A model generated the notes under the pieces. The model ran no database searches and was not told the DNA's origin. It was given only the letters and a program-made list of their open reading frames with translations. The translations under genes were made by a program, and so were the position numbers. DNA of 64,000 bases, taken from assembly GCA_002362385.1 (NCBI GenBank), contig DEUB01000042.1:14033-78032 (forward strand), read 5' to 3'. This document shows, one piece after another, positions 57,600 through 64,000 of this stretch; position 1 is the stretch's first letter, and the number at the start of each line of letters is the position of its first letter. Origin of the DNA: Lachnospiraceae bacterium UBA3273 (GTDB lineage Bacteria > Bacillota > Clostridia > Lachnospirales > Lachnospiraceae).

Positions 57600-59357
57600 T
57601 CATTGAATTACTTCTATTATCATTTCCGAAATAGCTTTCCCCGGCGGTACAATAGGCAGCACGTTTGCTTCCCCTGGAATCACAAACTCAATTACCGTTG
57701 GGATTTTTCTATTCTGCTTTGCCTTTTCCAATGCAGTTTTTATATCGCAGACATCTAAAACCCTGATCCCTTCAGCGCCGTAGCTTTCCGCTAATTTTAC
57801 AAAATCCGGCGTATATTCCGGACATTCTCTGTCAGGCCGGTTCTCAGCCACCGAATTAGCGCAGGAAAAAAATCCGCAGCTTCTCCGGTAGCGCATACAT
57901 GTAGCCGAATACCTTTTATTATAAAACATCTCCTGCCACTGGCGCACATTCCCCAGCCACCCGTTGTTTAAAACACAGACAACGATTGGCAGTTCATAGA
58001 CAACAGCCGTTGCCAGCTCCTGAATGTTCATCTGTATTCCTCCGTCCCCTGATATGGCTATCACCGGTTTACCCGGGTTTCCCAGACATGCTCCGATGGC
58101 GGCAGGCAGACCAAATCCCATTGTCCCCATTCCACCTGAAGTCAGCAGTCTTTTATGCTCATTCAGTTCGAGAAACTGCGTAGCCCAAAGCTGATTCTGT
58201 CCTACATCCGTAGTAATGAACGCCTCCTCAAACAATTCATTGACCGCTTCCATGATCCTTTGAGGCGTTACTCCCTGATAATTCATGGAAACAGGGTATT
58301 GCTCCTTCCAGCCATTTATTTCTTCCAGCCACTTTTCTGTTTTTAAAGAAACAGCCTTTTTTAGTAAAGCATTGATAACCTCTTTTGCATCTGCCACAAT
58401 GGAAACATCCGCAGTCACATTCCGGGAAATAACATCTACATCTACATCAGCATGAATAATAACGGCATCCGGGGCAAACTCCTGTAGCTTTCCCGTTATG
58501 CGGTCATTGAATCTCGTCCCTATGGCAAACAAAACGTCGCACCGGCTTACTGCCAGGTTAGCTCCACAGCTTCCATGTATTCCCAGATTCCCCACATACG
58601 ATCTGTGTGTTGTGGGAATCGCTCCTTTCCCCATGATGGTGGTAACTACAGGAATACCCGTCAGTTCCGAAAGCCGCGTCATTTCTTTTCCCGCACAGGC
58701 AATATTAACCCCGCCTCCTATTAAAAAAAGCGGCCTTTCTGCCTTATTCAAAATATCCAGCGCTTTTTCCATCTCCTCCGAACATCCCCCTGAACCTACG
58801 GAAATATTTCTATCATCTGCCGTATCACACACAGACGGATAGGTATCATTTCCATATTCTTTCTGGATATCCTTTGGCAGGTCTACGACTACTACTCCGG
58901 GACGGCCGCTTTTTGCGATCCGAAAGGCCCGTTTTATAATTTCGGCCAAGTCCTCCCTTCTTTCAACTCTTACTACATATTTAGAAATGCTCTTTGTCAC
59001 ATCCACAATGTCAACCTCTTGAAATGTCTGCTTTCCCAAGAGATTTGTAGGTACCTGGCCCGTAAAACACACCAGCGGAACGCTGTCATAATTAGCCGTG
59101 GCTATTCCCGTAACCAGATTTGCCGCCCCCGGTCCGCTTGTTACAAGACAAACCCCTATCCGCCCTGTTGAGCGGGCATATCCGTCCGCCGCATGGACCA
59201 GCCCCTGTTCGTGGCGGGGCAAAATGATCTCTATGTCCTTTTCTCCGTATAAAGCGTCAAACAGATCGATAGCCTGCCCTCCCGGATAAGCAAATAAAAT
59301 ATCCACCTTTTCTTCTTTTAATGCCTTTACAAATAATTCTGCACCTGTGATATCCAT
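57600..59357 (-). CDS. ilvB: acetolactate synthase large subunit
   Basis: YPGG, RHEQG..HAADGYAR, TSGPGA.N, TDVGQNQ, SGG.GTMGFG, GDGG..MN. Confidence 0.92.
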   Translation of the reverse strand: MDITGAELFVKALKEEKVDILFAYPGGQAIDLFDALYGEKDIEIILPRHEQGLVHAADGYARSTGRIGVCLVTSGPGAANLVTGIATANYDSVPLVCFTGQVPTNLLGKQTFQEVDIVDVTKSISKYVVRVERREDLAEIIKRAFRIAKSGRPGVVVVDLPKDIQKEYGNDTYPSVCDTADDRNISVGSGGCSEEMEKALDILNKAERPLFLIGGGVNIACAGKEMTRLSELTGIPVVTTIMGKGAIPTTHRSYVGNLGIHGSCGANLAVSRCDVLFAIGTRFNDRITGKLQEFAPDAVIIHADVDVDVISRNVTADVSIVADAKEVINALLKKAVSLKTEKWLEEINGWKEQYPVSMNYQGVTPQRIMEAVNELFEEAFITTDVGQNQLWATQFLELNEHKRLLTSGGMGTMGFGLPAAIGACLGNPGKPVIAISGDGGIQMNIQELATAVVYELPIVVCVLNNGWLGNVRQWQEMFYNKRYSATCMRYRRSCGFFSCANSVAENRPDRECPEYTPDFVKLAESYGAEGIRVLDVCDIKTALEKAKQNRKIPTVIEFVIPGEANVLPIVPPGKAISEMIIEVIQ

Positions 59358-59547
59358 TATTTTTCCTCCATGTAGCAAGCAATTTGTTTTCGGTTCCTTT
59401 CATCCCATAAATAGATCCTAAAAATTTTTAGAAAGTTATTCTTTAGTTTGTTTATTAATGCGTGTACTTGCTTGCATAATATCTATTTTATATGGCACTA
59501 CCTGATCTTATTTTCACAGATAGTACCATTTATTTTCGAATCTATAT

Positions 59548-60126
59548 CTATAAATGTTGAATTCCCTTGCAAAAAACCCTGACGCTTTGGCGGATAAATT
59601 CTTCCTGCTCTACCGCAGACAAGCTCTTATCAAAAGACGCTTTTAAAAAAGTATAGCCAAATGTGGATGTAAAAACGGTCATCGCCAGGCATTCAAAATC
59701 CAGATGGAGAAGTTTTCCCTTTTCCTCCATTTTCTCAAAATATTCAATGAGAGCCGTTAAAAAAGTCTTGGGCACTTTCAAGATCATAGATGACGTATCC
59801 TCGTAAAGCTGAGGTGCACGCAAGCCAATGGAAAGATTTACAAAATCCGGGGTAATCCTCTTCATATACTCCGTCATAAACATTTCCAGATCCTGCTCTA
59901 ACTCCCATTTCACATTTTTAAAAATGTCCGGCGTAATATTTGCCCTCCATTTCTCCTGGGAAACCCCGTTTAATACGATATCCTTTTTATCTTTGAATTT
60001 GCGAAACAAGGTGCACTCATTGACCCCTGCCGCTCTGGCAATATCTTTTGTGGTCGTGGCCACATATCCTTTGTCACGGATCAATGACATTGCGGCATCT
60101 ACTATTTTCTGACTTGTCTCATCCAT
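59548..60126 (-). CDS. TetR/AcrR family regulator
   Basis: KGY.ATTT..IA..AGVNE.TLFR.F..K. Confidence 0.9.
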   Translation of the reverse strand: MDETSQKIVDAAMSLIRDKGYVATTTKDIARAAGVNECTLFRKFKDKKDIVLNGVSQEKWRANITPDIFKNVKWELEQDLEMFMTEYMKRITPDFVNLSIGLRAPQLYEDTSSMILKVPKTFLTALIEYFEKMEEKGKLLHLDFECLAMTVFTSTFGYTFLKASFDKSLSAVEQEEFIRQSVRVFCKGIQHL

Positions 60127-60222
60127 CTTTTTTCCACCGTTCCTCAATCTCATGCAAGTGCTTGCTATCATTTTACTGCCTGGAATAAAAAAATGCAAGA
60201 GATAATATCTGCTCTATCAATT

Positions 60223-60858
60223 TTAAAATTCATTCACATACTTCTGTACCAGCTCATACAGCTTTCCGATATGAAGTCCGTCCACAAAAGAGTGGTGGGC
60301 CTGAACAGAGAACGGCAGCAGGATTTTCCCATCCTTTTCATAAAACCTTCCCCAGTCAAAGAGAGGGGTGGCGTTGTCTTTTTTCCCTGAATTGGTATGG
60401 GAAATATGGGTATAAGAAACCCAGGGCATGGGAGAAAACTGAAATACGTCATTTCCCAAAGGCCCTGTAAAATATTCCTTCTGCTTCTCTGCCGTCTTTA
60501 GCGCTAAGGAAACATATTCTTCCATGGAATCACACATGGGCACGTTTACTACCTTAAATAATTCCGTTTCTTTGTTCAGATAGGTAAAAGCAGTATCAAT
60601 GCGGTCAAACAAAACCACCTTCCCGTCTAAAAACCTGTACCTGAATTCCTCGATCTCATTGGCGCATTTGGATACGGCATAGATCATGGCCATGGTAAAG
60701 GAATAATTCTTTTCTTTTACTTTGGGTAAAAAATTAGTAATATCCAATTCAAAGGTAACGCAAAAGGCAGGTTCCACGCTGTTCCTGAATACCATGCAAT
60801 GCATGGTGCGTTTCCATGTTTTTTCATCTATTTCTGTATAATGATTGTTCATTGCCAT
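60223..60858 (-). CDS. CatA-like O-acetyltransferase (chloramphenicol acetyltransferase family)
   Basis: W.R..H...F, N.I.EFRYR, S..PW.S.T, P.F.WG, HHSFVDG.H catalytic motif. Confidence 0.85.
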   Translation of the reverse strand: MAMNNHYTEIDEKTWKRTMHCMVFRNSVEPAFCVTFELDITNFLPKVKEKNYSFTMAMIYAVSKCANEIEEFRYRFLDGKVVLFDRIDTAFTYLNKETELFKVVNVPMCDSMEEYVSLALKTAEKQKEYFTGPLGNDVFQFSPMPWVSYTHISHTNSGKKDNATPLFDWGRFYEKDGKILLPFSVQAHHSFVDGLHIGKLYELVQKYVNEF

Positions 60859-60885
60859 TTTCTCCTTAAATGATTTAAAATTTCT

Positions 60886-61194
60886 TCAACATTCCCACCG
60901 ACACTTTTTCAAATCTACATGAGAAACGTCTTTCATGGAAATACCTTCTTTTTGCAGCAATTCTCCCTGCTCATGCCAGCCGGGAACCAACCGTCCCGCA
61001 TGGTTGACTACCCTGTGGCAGGGATATTCCCCGTAATATTCCGCCATGCTTAAGACTTTCCCCACCAGCCTGGCATTTTTGTCCCTTCCGATAAGCCTGG
61101 CAATCTGCCCGTATGTAGCCACACAGCCTTTGGGAATTTCCTCTACTACGGAAAGGATTTCATAGATCAAAGCTTCCTGTAAAACAGCAGACAT
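60886..61194 (-). CDS. MGMT family / alkyltransferase-like protein
   Basis: IP.G.V.TYGQIA, AR.VG, PCHRVV. Confidence 0.9.
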   Translation of the reverse strand: MSAVLQEALIYEILSVVEEIPKGCVATYGQIARLIGRDKNARLVGKVLSMAEYYGEYPCHRVVNHAGRLVPGWHEQGELLQKEGISMKDVSHVDLKKCRWEC

Positions 61195-61212
61195 ATGAAC
61201 ACTCCTTTTCTA

Positions 61213-61605
61213 CTACTCCTCTACCGTCACATAAATCTGCGCCTCGCGGGATTCATGGTTGGAACCTGTTGCCATAACAGAAACCTGAAACGTCCCCGGC
61301 TGAGAACCTGCATATACCGCCTGCTTATCCTCTGTTATTTTTGCATCGGTCTGCTCTCTTGTGTCTTCTGAAATCCCAAGTATCTTTACTTCTTTGGCTT
61401 TTTCAATTTTTACCAGTTCTTCAATAGATAAAGTTTCTCCGACCCGGCATGTTACATTTTCATAAGGTGTGATCTGAGGATTTGCGTCCATATATCGTTT
61501 TAATCCGAACAACAAATAAACGACTGTTAATAACGCAATTACTACTATAATCATAATAATTGCAATGTTACGGCCCATCTTATTTTCTCTTACATTTTCT
61601 TCCAT
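61213..61605 (-). CDS. hypothetical membrane-anchored protein
   Basis: N-terminal TM, Ig-like beta pattern; GAGG RBS. Confidence 0.7.
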   Translation of the reverse strand: MEENVRENKMGRNIAIIMIIVVIALLTVVYLLFGLKRYMDANPQITPYENVTCRVGETLSIEELVKIEKAKEVKILGISEDTREQTDAKITEDKQAVYAGSQPGTFQVSVMATGSNHESREAQIYVTVEE

Positions 61606-61733
61606 ATGTGATTTCCTCTTTCTTCTCTCTGATCTTTCTCATAATTATATTCTACATGAGCGAATAATACCAGCAACTAATATTTTCTTAAATTTCCCGA
61701 CCAATAAACAATAAATTTTTTCTGATAAAACTA

Positions 61734-61764
61734 TTGACTCCCACGTACCGTGATACTGTATTCT
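61734..61764 (+). promoter_or_regulatory. MerR-type promoter
   Basis: TTGACT-19-TATTCT with CACG-TAC-CGTG dyad in the spacer. Confidence 0.6.
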
Positions 61765-61802
61765 TTGATTAGAAGAGATTTTTTATTCCCATAGGAGGTT
61801 CC

Positions 61803-62684
61803 ATGAAAACTATCAGTCAAGTTGCAAAATTAGCAGGCATCAGTACACGTGCCTTACAATACTATGATGAGATCGGATTATTAAAGCCAAGCAGCCTGAC
61901 CCGGTCCGGCTATCGCTTATATGATGATGAGGCTTTGCAGAAGCTCCAACAAATATTATTTTTTAAAGAACTGGGCTTTTCCTTAAAAGAAATCAGCGAA
62001 ATTATGCAAAAACCGGACTTTGACAGGATTTCGGCTTTTAAAAAACAAAAAGAACTGCTTTTATTAAAACGCAATCGGGTAAATAGGCTGATCGAGCTTC
62101 TTACCCGTTTAGAGAAAGGAGAAATGTGCATGAGTTTCAAGGAATTTGATCTGTCCGATTATATCAATGCATTGGAAACATTTAAAAACAGCAATACTGA
62201 TGATATTGTTAAATATTGGGGAAGTGTGGAGAATTTTGAATTATTCATTCAGAAAGCAAAGGATAACGAATCTCAAATTGCCAGGCGCGCCATCAAGCAG
62301 TTCGGCAGCATAGAAGAGTATACCGAAGCAATAAAGTATAATCTTTCGCATTTTTCCGAACTTATGGATAAAGAGCAGGAAAAGGCTCCTGAAGCCGCAA
62401 AGCAGATCAATGATTTATACAGGAAACTGACGGCTGACCTGAAAAGAGAAGTCTCTTCTTCGGAAACGCAGGACATTGTCAGAAAAATCCTTGCGCTTAT
62501 GGCAGAAAATGTAACTGTCGATTTTTTTGCCTCGAATTATTCGGAAATGATTATGAATATTTATTCCGACAATGATTACGTCAGGGCTATAGCTGATACA
62601 AAGTATGGGAATGGGGCGGCGGATTATATTGCGGGGGCGTTTGGGTGTTATTATAATAGACAAAACAGTGAAAATGGCCAATAA
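61803..62684 (+). CDS. MerR family regulator (TipA-like C-terminus)
   Basis: TISQVAKLAGIS.RAL.YYDEIGLL.P, GYRLY, LGF.L.EI. Confidence 0.9.
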   Translation: MKTISQVAKLAGISTRALQYYDEIGLLKPSSLTRSGYRLYDDEALQKLQQILFFKELGFSLKEISEIMQKPDFDRISAFKKQKELLLLKRNRVNRLIELLTRLEKGEMCMSFKEFDLSDYINALETFKNSNTDDIVKYWGSVENFELFIQKAKDNESQIARRAIKQFGSIEEYTEAIKYNLSHFSELMDKEQEKAPEAAKQINDLYRKLTADLKREVSSSETQDIVRKILALMAENVTVDFFASNYSEMIMNIYSDNDYVRAIADTKYGNGAADYIAGAFGCYYNRQNSENGQ

Positions 62685-62736
62685 TACATTTATAAATGTC
62701 ACATACTAAGCGGAGAACCATATAAAATCAATATTT

Positions 62737-64000
62737 TTATGGTTCTTCGCCATACATCTCCACAAAATCCGCCTCTTCTTGGGCTATTTTACCATTAATC
62801 TGCTTTAACTGCTCATTTAAATCTTTTCGTTTTAATACATTTAATGTTCCTAAATTGCTATATTGGTTGTATATTTCACTCTTTTTATACTGCATTTCCC
62901 GAAGTTCCTGCCGTTTAATCTCTTTTTCGTCAAGAATCCTTTTTATTTCGCTCCGTATGCTGTCAGAATCCTTATAACCTTCTAGCTTTTCAAACAATTT
63001 ATACATCTGGCTTATTGTCATCTTCCATGGTTTATGATTATACAGATCACAAGCATTTTGATACTCTTTCTCTCTTTCCTCAAGTGCCAGTTTTAAATTA
63101 GTATTAAATTGCTCTATTCTATCATTTAACTCATCATCAATCCGTTTTCCCACTTCTGCATCGCACTGCTGTGCTTCTATTTTACGGTTCTCCAATGCAG
63201 CAAAGATTTCCTCTTTAACGCCATTAAGCAAAGCTAACTCTTTATCTTTAGAAAAGCGGAAGGCCTTGCTTAAGAGTTTATCTGTTTTAAAGAAGTTTTG
63301 TTCTTGTTCCAATTGCTGCGTGCGACATTCCAATTCCGTTTCATAAGCAACCGGCATTTGTAGCGCCTGCATGATTTTTCCCTTTTGACTCTCACTAATG
63401 GGACTTTCTTTCAATATATTATTACATTTTTCTATCACATCTTCTTCAACACTTTTTGCATGTTCTGTCTTATCGACATTTTCATAAAGTGCCAGCCGTA
63501 TATTTTTAAACTCTTCCGTATTTGTGACTTTATGCACTGCTCTACTTTGTCCCCAATAAGCCGATGCACATTCGGCATCAATATTCAGAGCCTCATCAAA
63601 ATGTTCAAATGCCTTGTCCCATTCGCCATCTTCTAAAGCCATATCTCCCCTCTTTAATAAAGCCACCAAATTTGAACCGGATTCATTAGGGGTCTTGTCT
63701 TCTTTTTCTGCAACGGCTGTTTTATCTTCAAGAACCTTCTTTATTCCTCTGGTTAAGTCCTGAATAAAACCAATTTTAGACATATCCTGAGCCTGATAAT
63801 AGGACAAAGCATCCGGTAAATCATATGGGTCCATATCCCTATATACCGGAATAATCAATCTATTTTTCTGATTCTGCATAATGGACAAATATCTTGACCA
63901 CTCATTTTTGACCCATACAGCATTAAAATATTCGGGTTTGGTCCCAACTACCAACATGACCTTGGCAGAATTCAATGCGGCAAAAATGTATGGCTCATAC
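62737..64000 (-). CDS. TIR domain protein with TPR and coiled-coil regions, 5' end outside window
   Basis: YEPYIFAALNSAKVML.V, W.KNEWSR, LIP.Y..M.PYDLP; TPR LEDGEWDKA..HF..AL..D.E...AYWG. Confidence 0.82.
   Translation of the reverse strand, partial: YEPYIFAALNSAKVMLVVGTKPEYFNAVWVKNEWSRYLSIMQNQKNRLIIPVYRDMDPYDLPDALSYYQAQDMSKIGFIQDLTRGIKKVLEDKTAVAEKEDKTPNESGSNLVALLKRGDMALEDGEWDKAFEHFDEALNIDAECASAYWGQSRAVHKVTNTEEFKNIRLALYENVDKTEHAKSVEEDVIEKCNNILKESPISESQKGKIMQALQMPVAYETELECRTQQLEQEQNFFKTDKLLSKAFRFSKDKELALLNGVKEEIFAALENRKIEAQQCDAEVGKRIDDELNDRIEQFNTNLKLALEEREKEYQNACDLYNHKPWKMTISQMYKLFEKLEGYKDSDSIRSEIKRILDEKEIKRQELREMQYKKSEIYNQYSNLGTLNVLKRKDLNEQLKQINGKIAQEEADFVEMYGEEP

Overview
Chromosomal window from a low-GC Firmicute, most likely a Lachnospiraceae/Clostridia gut bacterium (judged from protein families and sigma-A-type promoters). 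It holds about 70 CDS, mostly housekeeping, stress and repair genes: a small alarmone synthetase, UDP-sugar pyrophosphorylase, a MoxR-AAA/VWA/LRR operon, a YtrA-type ABC operon, FucO, TrxB, RecQ, two EAL proteins, Mpg and Ogg glycosylases, a lantibiotic-immunity-type ABC transporter with a two-component system, IlvB, a CAT-like protein and a partial TIR protein. I saw no rRNA, CRISPR array, integrase or transposase. The most striking structure is a minus-strand unit at 47582-49865: sigma-A promoter, an unannotated 39-codon leader peptide with a 1:2/2:3/3:4 attenuator, the RtcB RNA ligase, a 131-nt four-way-junction element, an XRE regulator, and atypical CCA-less tRNA-Tyr(GTA) and tRNA-Ser(GCT) genes. 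The leader's AGC Ser codon sits where a stall would favour antitermination, which suggests a tRNA-damage-sensing repair and replacement operon (inference). Next to it is an XRE-HTH fused to a divergent PurM. Also notable: an AT-rich XRE/ImmA/PIN module with a hidden 41-aa basic ORF, a MITE-like element with perfect 49-bp inverted repeats, and a candidate plus-strand sRNA. Many start codons were moved from the ORF track to RBS-supported positions.
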